64,000 bases of DNA from Setoptus koraiensis (Eukaryota; Animalia; Arthropoda). The position numbers and the translations under genes are program-made. The stretch spans positions 13,206,001-13,270,000 of the forward strand of contig CM106585.1 of NCBI GenBank assembly GCA_048013815.1. Direction: 5' to 3'. Position 1 is the stretch's first letter. Every line of letters starts with the position of its first letter. Positions 23,028 to 35,100 of the stretch are shown one piece after another. A model generated the notes under the pieces. That model did no database searches, was not told the DNA's origin, and saw only the letters and a list, made by a program, of their open reading frames with translations.

Positions 23028-23580
23028 ATGGCAGGAAAGTTTCGAATGTACCCCAGATGGGACCCATTCCTCATCATATTTCAAATATTGACCATTCAAT
23101 TGTTGGGATACGCATCGCTCACACTATTTATCTTGATTGCAACGCTCATTTCTGGACAGTCACCATCAGTCATATTCATATTCAATCATCGGGTAAGTAA
23201 AAACGACGTCGACACTTCATCTCAAACAAATGCAGATAAACTCAATGTACTAACTGAGTATGTGTTCTTCCTCGCTTTTCACCATGGAACAGATGTTACG
23301 TTTGGGATCGGGCAAACTAGTCATATTGGCACATTTAGTGAACTCCCTAGTCGGATCATATCTGCTCAAACTATTCGTTGAAAGATCCAAATCTTGCCTT
23401 GATTTCACTCTGACGAATTACGCAATACACTTTCTACTGACATGGTGTTATTCTAAGAGCATTCCCGATACCTTCCTATGGTGGTTCATTAATTTTGCTT
23501 GTATATCACTAATGTGCATCGTGGGAGAGCTTCTGTGTCGACGCGAAGAACTCAAATCGATCACCCTCAGTTCAGTGTGA
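23028..23580 (+). CDS. SYS1: Golgi membrane protein SYS1; join(23028..23192, 23293..23580), 150 aa
   Basis: MAGKFRMYPRWDPFLIIFQI...; RSKSCLDFTLT; WWFIN; IVGELLCRREELKSI match the SYS1 pattern. 100-nt phase-0 intron GTAAGT...TACTAAC...CAG joins ORFs 23010..23381 and 23260..23580. Confidence 0.92.
23248..23254 (+). promoter_or_regulatory. Perfect TACTAAC branch point, SYS1 intron
   Basis: Branch A about 40 nt upstream of the CAG at 23290-23292, with a pyrimidine tract in between. Confidence 0.7.
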
Positions 23581-24031
23581 TATTGTTAGATATAGTTCAA
23601 TGTACATTTACACCACCCCATCTCATGTATCTCTCTGTATGTATTAAAAAGCTATCGACTGCTACAACAAGAACAGTTATATCGCCAGCTATTCAGGAAT
23701 AGGATAGTACAACCGCATGAAATGATTTCGCGGAGTCACCATGACAATAAATTATGACTAGTAGTATTATTTAGTTCGTTATAATTGAGCTTCCGTTCTA
23801 ACAAGGCTTGTAAGGCTTAGAAGCTTCCATTTGGAGCGTTTTTTTTTTTGTCAAACTTCACCATGATCGGGTCGCGATGCGACACCTGGCCGCCAGGGGT
23901 CGCCGAGGTGGCATGTTCGATAGGGGCTTCTCAGGGTGGGAAAGCGTTCGAAAGTCGACTAATCTAGGATATATTCCAATGTTGAGATGGCGCCACTGGA
24001 AAATGGCTAGATTGTCGAAGTTCGGAGCTGT

Positions 24032-24110
24032 TCACCTGTTTGCCCCGCCTCGAGTTTCAGTGGATGCTGGTACCTAACACTACTGACTCTAGCTGAGAGA
24101 AACGTAAGCC
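24032..24110 (+). promoter_or_regulatory. Candidate promoter / short non-coding leader exon of the expansion-like gene
   Basis: TCACCTGT (24032), CCCCGCC (24043), Inr-like TCAGT (24057-24061) and a GTAAGC donor at 24104. A second Inr-like TCAGTT lies at 24641. No transcript evidence. Confidence 0.25.
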
Positions 24111-25291
24111 ACTTATTTGTCAGGTTGGCCAAATGTTGTTGTTGTGAGAGCTAGAGAGAGGCTGTCGTTGCTGGTAGATTGTTGCTAGAAAGTAACTAGT
24201 GCAAGTGCAGTGAGAGTTAAAAGTCGTGATTGAGCGAGTTTATTGTGATTATCATTTAGGAGAAAGTGATCGAAAGTGAAACACCGCCAGATTGTTTGCT
24301 TTTCTGACAGCACCATTTTATTAGCACTTTACTACTACTACTACTTGTACTACCATCACCCGCTCGCTTGGCTTGCATTACTTACACAAAATCACGTATC
24401 ACTTAGATCCGATTAGACATAGACAAAAATAAAAAAGTGAAAAGTAAAAAAAGTGAAATAAAATTGTTTGTGCTAGTTGCACGTTTGTTGCAACAACTAC
24501 TATGACACTGCCATATCAAGCGAACTGTCATGTTGAAGCTTGCAAGATACACAAGAAAGAAATTCAGCGAGAGGAAGCAATTAATTGCGGCAGCCAAGAC
24601 AAGTTAATTAAATTACAGCAGCATCACTTTAAACATTGTGTCAGTTGAATTTGATTGTGCCTGATAACTGTTTTAACTCTCAGTGTATTTTGCCAACTTA
24701 TCATCTTTGTCATGTGCATATTTGTAGATAGCGATTGTCATATTTAGTGACACTCTTCTAGTGTTTGCCCGATTGTAAAATAAACTTGCACCAAATTAAA
24801 CTAAAGCGGCGGTTACCACAACAACAACAGCAATAGCAACCACAACAACAGCTATAGCAACAACAACAACAGCTACCAAATATGAATACATTTTGATACT
24901 ATCAAGCTGATAACATCAACAATAGGAAGTGTATAATTTGCAACAAACAAGCATCCGCTCGGCTCGGCCTCTGAGAATCACCGACCAGATCAGAATCGTC
25001 CAGGGTGCTTATAACAAAACAAAGAATAAATAAATTTATAATGATAAGAAGATGGAAGCTGCATAGAATCGTGATAACATTTGCAACAATCGAAAAAATA
25101 CTATAAATTATATAACTTATATATACATTTTCATAAGACACACACATAAGGCACGAGCTGGCCCCAGTAACTGTGTGTGCAGCTTCGATCAGGTGATACT
25201 AGGTATTTACTATTAGGAATTAGAACAGAATTACAACAGAATTGATTATATAGTGAGCATCGTTGTGGAGTCATCATAAAAGTGAGCAGTC

Positions 25292-25504
25292 ATGATCAGC
25301 AGACGTCAAATAATTCGTCATCAATTGGAAGAGGACGAGCATCGCCAATTGAGAACAGTGTCGTCCTTGGGCGCAAACAACCATCACAACAATCATCATC
25401 AAAATGGCAACCACAACAGGCTCGACCAATTCGATCCCTATTCCATATACGGCGAAGAAGACGACGAAGAAGACGTGTGGTACTCAGAGGACCGACTGTT
25501 TGAG
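25292..25504 (+). CDS. exp: Expansion/Rebuf-family (Smad-like MH2) protein, coding exon 1
   Basis: MISRRQII...DEEDVWYSEDRLFE followed by a GTGAGT donor. Resembles the insect Expansion N-terminus (MVSRRKIL...EDVWY.KDKLFK, recalled) and joins in phase 0 to DHIQEVIDKW at 56969. Confidence 0.82.
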
Positions 25505-28500
25505 GTGAGTAGCCCATTGCAGATGACGACAATCTGACGACAGTCTGACGACAAATTTGCAAATTGGAAATGTGAACAATCTGACGACAAATTTGCAAAT
25601 TGGAAATGGGAAATTTCAAATTTGTGCTCGACTGGGGCTTGTCGACAAACGGACAATGACCGTACAGTGAGATCATAGTCAGATATAAACAGTGCAATGG
25701 CGTGGTTGGCAAGACTGAGCCAATAATGGTGAGCCATAACTTTGTTAGTGTCAATTACAATTATTATCCGGCCAGCGCCGGCCCGATAATTGTAATTGTT
25801 GTGGCCGGCTCTTCTGGTCGCACCGATAAACTGATAAACACCGATAAACCGACAAACACTGATAAGCATTGCGCCGCATGGGCGCCTTAAGCCGTCTATC
25901 CCATATGATCCGTATGATCCAGCCCAAGATGCACAGAGCGAGCCATGAGTGATGCAAATTAATGAGCCTATTCAATTAGAGCGGGCATTAGCGTTATGGA
26001 TTGGGCAGCAAAAAGCTCAGCTGCTTAACCGCTTTGCAGCAGCGCCAGCGCCTGTTGTGCATTCACCTTTGGACTGCATCATTTGCATGTCACTGTCGCC
26101 ATTACTGTCACTGTTACCTGTTATCTGGCTGTCTCATTAGCCTGTGTAACGGCACCAGCAGCGACAATCGGTCATAGCGCACCGCAGATAGCAGCAGCAG
26201 CATTGTTAATTTATTGATCGCTTAAATGATCGCAGTTGCTGGCGGTTGCTAGCAACTGCGACACAACAACCTGTAGCAATTCGGTGTGTAGCTAGGGTGT
26301 ATTCAGTGTGCAATGGTGGCGTCTAGAGGCTCTAGAGATTAGTTACATAACTAGCGACCAACACACGACAGACAGTGTGTGTGTGTCAGATTATGTGACT
26401 CACAAAGATTGTCAGATAGATGGATAGGTGAGGCACAAAAACAGGCCACTGTAATATGTGTCTAATCACATAAACTCTGGTGACTTGTTTTTGTCGGCGC
26501 CAATCACTTTGGCCGTGCCAACAACAACGACACCAGCGACAACGACACCAGCGACAACGACACCAGCGACAACAGCGACACCGCTCGCAAAAACAACAGC
26601 CACAACTAAACGAACTCGAGTGCCGTACGTCAGCGTCGATCGATCGATTACACCGATAACTGACACTCACACACAGCCGAGCCAAAAGTGAGAGCGAAAC
26701 TGGAAAGCGATCGCAATATTCGCAGTGCAAAGTCGATCGGCTCCAGCGGAGCCTCCAGTTGACACGTTGGTGACACAACGGTGACACCTTGCTCCCACTG
26801 CCAGAGCGGCATTATTTTGCCAATGAGTCATGCGTCTTAGTCGGTGTACGACCATACACACTTACCATATATCATGACCAGGTGACTCACAGGTGACTGG
26901 GTGACTTGCCAGCAGCGACAACAGCGACAACAGCGACAACAGCGACAACAGCGACAACGGCGACAACGGCGACACTTCCTAGTGTCTTCTGGCTCATTTT
27001 GCACACACTGACAGAGCGGGCCGACGCCAGATATTAGGCAATATGCCACCGTATAGCACTGTACGGTGTGGCCTGCAACAGGTAGGTGCTTATGGGTCAC
27101 TTTGTGTGTGTCACCTGAGCTTGTGGCGCTGTCAGTGTTGTCGGCGTTGTCAGTGTTGTCGGCGTTGTCGGTGTTGTCGGTGTTGTCGGTGTTGTCGGCG
27201 TTGTCGGTGTTGTCGGTGGCAGTGTTGTGGCCAACTGCTGTCCGCCAATGCGCTGACAGCGGCCAACGGTGCAGTAATGCAGCCGCCACACGATGAATAG
27301 ATGCCCGCGATGAATAAATGCGCTTATGTTTGACACTGTCCAATTGACACTGTCAAACTGACGCCGTCAAACTGACACTGTCAAATGGGACACTGATCGA
27401 GAGAGCCAAATCGATACACACACACACACACACACATTCGAGACGCCAATATGTGACAATATGCACCGCGGCCGCAACAGTGTCGCCACAATAGGGCGCC
27501 ATTACGCAGGCCGGCCCGACATGGCGTGATTCACCGGCCAGCTATTCAAATGATTGAAACGACTCAAACGATTCAAATGATCCAAACGACTCACAAATGT
27601 TGTCAAATGTTGTCAAACGATCAGATGAGCGCCGGTGTTGGCCCGTTAACAGTCATTTAATAGTTGTCGACAAGCTGCCGCCGCCGCCTGCATTACGTAA
27701 CATTGCGTATAATAGTACACGTAATGCGGTAGCAACATCGCCGATAACAGTGCTAATACAGCCAGTTATCAATAATTGCTGCCAGCCACTTGATGCCCGA
27801 ACAGCTGATCACCGGCTGTCATGACAGCTCGCATGAGCTGTCATGACAGAGGTGTCATCACCATCAGCTGACAGGCGCACTGCACAAGGAACTGGCATTG
27901 TTGTCTGCGTGGCTTGCCTTGCTTGCGTCTGACGTTTGCCACATCTGTAACGGCACATCTGACAGATATCACATCAGATATTACAACACCTATTACAGCA
28001 CATATTACAACAGATAGTTGACACAACAACAATAATTGTGACAGCAAGATGCTGACAATTATCATTGCGTAATCTGTAATGTCAACTGTGCCACCGCATG
28101 AGCCAGCGCAACAGTAACAAGAAGTGAGAGTAACGACGAGTCAGCGGCCTACGCGATCACGGGCAGTGCAATTGTGATTATTCATTATTGCGTAACAGCG
28201 GCTGCCGATGAGGCTTACGGGTGCCGAATCACAGCGCCACATGGCAACAAATAACGGTATCGCAACACTGTGATATATGCGCCACGTTGCGAGCGCCAAC
28301 GATCGCCCGACAGCCGATTGAAAAACAGACTCGTCGTGATTGGCCGCCCTCGACAATTGTCAAACTCACTCTTGGCTCGATTTTCGAACGGCCGCTCGAG
28401 CTCACCTGTGACAGTGGCCAGCGGTCGCCGGCTCGGAACCGCTGCCGACAGCCACAGGTGAGGCGGCGTCTCGGGTCAGCCGGACAGTTTGTTTGTGGGC

Positions 28501-31500
28501 GCCCAGACTGGATTGCGGCGGCCATTGTGATTGTGCTCTCGATGACGGTGCCGTTGATCGGCGCACGGCCGACACAATTGGCCACTGGTCAGTCACCGAA
28601 ATTTGGTGCATGCGGCGCACGACTCGGTGCAGCCTCGTCAGTACAGGTGCAAGCGGCGTGATGCGGCCATTACATAATAATACAAATTGTTGCAATGCTA
28701 CATAACGCCTGTTACATAATGTGCCGGTTGCAACTGGTGGCAAGTTGCGCAACACAACAGGTTGTGTTTGCTGGACTCTTTGTTGTTGTTGTTGCTGTTG
28801 TTGTTGTTGTTGTTGTTGTCCGCTCTGTGTTGCGATGCGCATCGTCAGCAAATACGGCGACAAGCGGGCCGGCACTATATCCGTGTTTGCGTTGTGCGCT
28901 TGTTGTAGCGCCGCATATCGGCATACCGACCGCATACTACTGTGTAATTGCCAATGTGCGAGCGCAACCGCAGCTAGTCCCGTCAACCGCGGCTAGTCCC
29001 GTCAACCGCAAGCCGGTAGCCGCACCGAGCAGCAACGAGAGAACAACGCCGAGCGGTCACGATGGCGGCCAATAACGGGCATCGCCTTGCGCAAATCTCG
29101 GCACTCCAATCGTGACTTATCGGCGCCCAAAGTCGCGCAGCTCATTTGCACCGGCTCATTGTTCTTCGGTGGCGCATCACGACGACACTTTGCGCTTGTT
29201 GCTCTGATACGATTTTCCAATATTTTGCGCCAACGGGCCGATATTCGAGAGCTGCTGTTGGCGGCGACCGAGTCGCCAGTAGCGGCCAGACCGGACAAAC
29301 ACTGTCGCTCACGCTGCGATTCGCGCCACTTGCCCGACTGCGACTGTTTGTTCATAGTTCGGGCGACCGCGACCGTCCGCGCCACCGCTCGGGTAGCTGC
29401 GCAACGGTGAAGGCAAGTGGCCCGTTGCGCAACTCTCTCGCGAGTGGCGACTTTCGACCACTCGGCCAACGGTGCCGTGACATCACAATGGCGCGCCCGG
29501 GTCCGGCAAGCGTGCGTCGCGTCGTGTCAGCTGTTTGTTTCTGTTGTGTCAATGGCGCGCGGTCGTCATGACGACCGATGGCGGACAAACGGACACTTGT
29601 TGACGTCTCGCCGAGCGCTGGCCAGCCGAGCCGTTATGTTGGCTGGCCAGCGCCCGGCAAACGTCAACTGACACGGCGCTGAGCGCAATGAGTCGCCAAT
29701 TGAACGCGCCTATTCAACCGCTGCGATTGATTGCGAGCGACGGCGGCCGATTCGAGCGACAGCGACGGCCCGATCCGGTGAACGGGCGCCGCCCGGACGG
29801 TGCCCGGCCCGCGAGCCGCCGGCGGCCGGTCGGTCGGATATTTGTGGCCTTGCGTGTGCGCGGTGTGTATATTTAGTGCGCACAATCGGCCGATAAAATG
29901 GCCAAAACGGATTGGCAATTTGCAATTCATAATCCGTAATGAGTTTATATTTATTGCCACGGCCGTTACAATTATTTATGTTTATTATTGCATTGGCATT
30001 GTATTGGCGTTACGCGGCCGTCGCATGCCGTTAGGTGGCCGTCGCATGCCGTTAGGTGGCCGCCGCATGGCGTGATACGACAGCGCCGGCCAGTGACAAT
30101 ATAACAGCGTGATGACGATCGCGGCGCCGCCAAACCTTGAATGGATTGGTCATTGACTTGTGGCTGGCCAGTGGTGGCTCGCCAGTGGCGGCTGACCAGT
30201 CACAACCGGCCAACAGCAACCGCTCGCACCGGCACCGTTGACCGTTGCTGGCCGGCAGCGGCCACTGGCCGATCTAGTTGAGCCTGCGCGGGGAATCAAT
30301 TTGTTCAACTGTTGCTGCCACTGTGACCGACTGTGGCCAATTTGTCCGTTACCCGCTGCCCGTCACACCAGCGGACAAGTGGCCCGTTAGACCGGTAGAC
30401 GAGTCGCCCATGGCCACTTGTCGATGGGCAGTGCATTGTGGGCACAGTGGCGGCCTATTGTGGGTGCCAGTCGCATTGTATTGACCGGTGTGATTGGCCG
30501 CGCATTGTTGGCTCGAACTGCGAACTGCGATTTGCGAATCGCCAACTGCGAGCCGCCGGCCCGACAAGACAGTGGCATAATTTTAATTTTCATTGGATTC
30601 ACCGGTGACTCATTGGTGGTCAGTGCCAGTTGGCACAATGATCGCATTGAATGTCCATTGGACAGGCCCTGACAATGAGCTCACTCTTGGCTCAACAGTC
30701 TTGGGCGACCGTGATCCCCTTTCGTGTGCTGTCATGCTGATGCTGGCCCACTGGCCACTGGCTGACATTGGCCGCTGCCGACACCAACTGACAGTTGCCA
30801 GCAACTGTTGCTGTGCCTGGCTCAGCTGATCGCATACGTCAATTGATCGATATGCCGGCCGATCAATGGGCCAGCTGATCGACGGGCCAGCTGATCAATT
30901 GTGAGTGTGTGTTGGCGAGAGTTGGCCGGCCAAGCGACTGTCAAACGCTGGCTGTCAAAAGCTCTCTGACACTTTGTCGTCGTATCGCCGCTTCGACCAT
31001 TGCTCTGTCAAACTGTTTGACTCGAACACCAGCCAGCCAGCCAGCGTGGTGCGTTTGACAGCGAGCAACACATGACGCAATGGATGACGCAATGGATGAC
31101 GCAATGTATGACGCAACAGCTGATGAGTTGTGGGTGTGTCGTCGTGTGCGATATCGTTATCGCCGTGTGCCGTGATATCGTTGCCAAGCCATAGGCACAG
31201 GTTGACCATTGATTGATTATGGCACAATCACACAATCGAGTCACAATTTAGCGCAAATTGGATCACAATGGCCGGCAGTTGCGCAATGTCAAAGTCAACT
31301 GCACGGCGGTCCAATCAATGGCGCCCATTGCTGATTTGATCCATACTGATACGATTAGCGCTCGACAACATTGCACCTGTTGCCGTGTTGTCGCCATATC
31401 GGTGCCATACTGTGGCCGTGCTGTGGCCACAATAACGCTGCCGGTCAACAGTGCGACCATAGCACTGTTGACCGGCAGCGAGTCGTTGCCGGCCAGCCAA

Positions 31501-31560
31501 GCATCAGTGTCGAGCCAAGGCTAACTGGCCGTTTGAATCCGCTGTCGAGTCCAGCAGACG

Positions 31561-31600
31561 CTGTCCAAGGCTGTCCAAGGCTGTCCAAGGCTGTCCAAGG
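31561..31600. repeat. 10-bp tandem repeat (CTGTCCAAGG)x4
   Basis: Read directly. Confidence 0.9.
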
Positions 31601-34600
31601 CTGTGTAATTGCGGCCAATCGGCTAACAATAGCCGACAATTGACCAACAGCGCCATCACGGTGGTCGTGATCGGTTGCTGGATTGAAACTGTGCTTGCTT
31701 GCACTCTCGTTATCCCTCCACTTACCTGTCCATCGATCCGTCCGTTCAAACGGATATGATCGCATTTGATGCTGCCAACGGGCCGACCGGAATCGGCGCG
31801 CGCCATACCGTTTTGCTGTGTGTGTGTGTGTGTGTGTGTCTCGTTATCCAACAACAACAACACCGACAACAACGGCAGCAACAACAACGACAGCGCCACC
31901 GACAACCGCCGCCGGTTACGTCATTGTGTGTGTGTGTGCGCGCACATTGTGAAACCGATTACAAATCAATGATTTGACATGATCGAATGCGATTGAATTT
32001 GATTCACTTGACCACTTGATTGGCGCCCGTCGAGCATCGGCCGCTCGCTCGCTCGCTGACCGTTACCGCACTCTGGCCACACTTTGCGCACTTGTTGCGC
32101 CTGGCGCCTGGCACGCTGCAAATTGCGCAACAAGTAACGGCTTGTAATGAGTTATTTGAGACTGCGCTCAAGTTGTTTGTTGATCGCGCAAGCGGATATT
32201 TGAGCGGATATTGCAGGCCGCAGCGACGCATGAGCGGCAACGGGCGCAAACAGGCAGCCAGTTAGCTAGCCAGCAACACTGTGTAATACGCACACACGAT
32301 TCACCTGTGTGCGTTACACAGGCTGCGCATGTATCATCGTGTGTTGTATTATGTTGCAAACAATGACTGACCGCTTACGTAACAGCAGTAATCTAATCAT
32401 GTAACGCAGTGAGCGACAGTGTCGTAGCCGTTATATGGCCCGTTTAGCGCTTGTTTAGCGGCTGGCATACCGACACTCAATATGTGATACCAACACAGAC
32501 TGCACAGACGATGATGACCATTATATATCGTGTGCAATACGGGCCAACTGACCACCACCGGCCAGCTAATAACGCGCGAACCGCAAACGAAAATTGTGGC
32601 CCCGTTACAATTGGACACGCGCTCCATTGTGTTGGGCCATTGTTTATCGGTGTCGGCCGCTGGCGGCCAAACTGTGGCCGCCAGCGGTTGCCTCGACAAG
32701 TGGCGCCGATGAACGGGTCGCCCACAGCTACTTGCCGGTCGCTCGGCCGGCCGCCTGTTCACTTGACGCTTACGTAATGTCGAGCGCAATGTCGAGCGCA
32801 ATGTCGAGCGTCAAGTGAGTTGAGCGACCACCAAGGTTAAGATCACACACGCGTGCACTCGTTGCGCAACGAGCGAGCGCGCGACAAACAGGCGAGCGGT
32901 CGTGGGAGCGCCGGAAGTGGTCAGTTGGCCCAGCGTCGGCACAGAGTCGGCCCAGCGTCGGCTCAGTGTCGGCTCAGTGTCGGCAAAAACGTTGTGCCAG
33001 AACGACCCAGAACGGCACAGTGCGCTCGCCTAGAGCTGGGCAAGTTGTCGGCTGACAAGTGCAAGTGTCCAGGCTAAATGTCGAGCCAAATTACACTGGT
33101 CGTCGTACGAAGTATGCGAACATAAATTGCGGCTCGTGCGTCGGGTCGCACGCCAAGCGAGCAGCCAATTTATATTTCATATTTTATATTTCTCATTTCA
33201 GTTTAGCGAGCGACCCTTTTGGCAAGCTCTCAATTGGCTCCAATGGCAGAGTTCAGCGGCCACTGGCCGCTGACCGGAATAGTGGCCTGTAAGAATAGTT
33301 GTGAGCAAAGGTGAGCTGATTTTGACGAAGCCAGCGCGTTTTTTTGACGCAGCCAGCGCGTTTTTTTTTTGACACAGCCAGCGCGCTTTGACACAGCGTC
33401 GATGGCAGTGACTGCGCGGCTAATTGTTTGCCTAATTGCGACATTGTGACTGGCGCCCGGCGAGGGCCACCAACCGCAACCGCGACACCGACACCGACAC
33501 CGACGCCGACGCCAACAGCAACTGCAAATGAGACGCCAACAGCAACTGCGACGGGACACGCAACGCGCGACATCGACTATTGCATAAATGCACTTATATT
33601 GCACACTCGTTACGTGCATCGTTGGCGACAATTGACAATTGACAGTTGGCTACAACTGACAGTTGACAGTTGGCGACGACTGTCAACCGTCATTGCGTCA
33701 CAGCTTGCTCATTGGGCCGGACTGACACAGCCAATGACTGCATGTTCGCAAATGTCATACTTGGCGCTGACATTTGCGATCACATGCGGCGCTCACCTGA
33801 CCACAAACCAAACCAACAACCTCAGCCGATCATATGGCGATCATATGGCGATCATACGGCCGATCATACGGCCGATCAGCTGACTGTCAAGGCGACATGT
33901 TGGCCCATGCTGGCCAGTCGCAAAATAGGCTTCGCAAAACGAAATGAGCACAACAGGTGAACGCTGGTGGGCCACACGACGCCTAGCGGCCAGGTATGGC
34001 GCCACCGGTGAGCGGCGAGTGAGCGAGGCGGCGATATTGGCGAGTTTAGATTGGCTTGCTGTTAGAACTTGTGAGTAACAAGCGCCTGTTAGCGCTGAGA
34101 TTGTTGAGATCGTTGAGCTTGTTGAGCTTGCTGAGATTGTTGGACGGCGACGGCGGCGACAATAAAACATAACACAACGCTGCTGACGTAATAATATAAT
34201 AATAATAATAATATCATACATTACATGTCGTATTATTAGCTCACGCAGTGGTGGCAATAATATGAGCATGGCGATGATATTAATAACAATATTGTGAGCA
34301 GTGTGAGTGTATTATGTAACAGGGCTGCCAGTTTGGGCGAGTGTGAGAAGTGGAGTGACTGGCAGCGGCCAACAGCGGCCAGCAAGAGGCAAAAAGCGAA
34401 AAAAGCGCAAGCCAACCTGTTGCAAAATGGCAACATGAAATGGCATGCAAAAAACACTAGATGCCAGCCAGATAAAGCCGGCCAGATAGAGCCAGATATA
34501 GCCAGGTAAGGCCAGGTAAGCCGGCCAAGTGGCCGCACAAAGCCGGCTAAACGTCGCATCGCTTCGCGACTTGTTTCTCGGCTCGTTTGTGTGTCTCATA

Positions 34601-35004
34601 GTGGCACTTTGTTGTGTTTATTTGTCGTTTACAAACTCGCCTGCCGTTGCGGCCTCCGTTCGCCCGCGACCGGCCGCTCGTCACTCGCTCAGCTGACGTT
34701 TGCCGTGTGTGTCCCATGCCAAAGGTGACAAGCGCCGACTCACCTGTCGTGGTTGCCAGTGTCGTCGCTGCAAGCGAAGCGCCGCAATGTGAGCCGCCGA
34801 CCGAGCAAAGATGCGCCCTAATCTAATCACACTAACACAATTGGCCGCGTCACTTGGCCGCATCGCTCTTGCCGCGGCATGAGACTAGTTTGTATTAGTG
34901 TCACGCCAGCGCCGTCTGTTCACATCCATACCACTCCGTCTCGGGCGCGACTCGGGCGCATCTCTAGCGCGACCCGGCGCAACTCGATGGCGTCGCGCTC
35001 TCGA

Positions 35005-35100
35005 GCGACTCCCGACGGGCGACTCCCGACGAGCGACTCCCGACGGGCGACTCCCGACGAGCGACTCCCGACGAGCGACTCTCTCTCTCTCTCTCTCTCT
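35005..35100. repeat. 14-bp tandem repeat (GCGACTCCCGACGR)x5 running into (CT)n
   Basis: Read directly. Confidence 0.9.

Noticed and set aside
23860-24060. GC-rich stretch with small hairpins, possible ncRNA
   Set aside because: No RNase P/MRP, SRP, 7SK, snRNA or tRNA motifs and no downstream Pol III terminator; better explained as promoter DNA.
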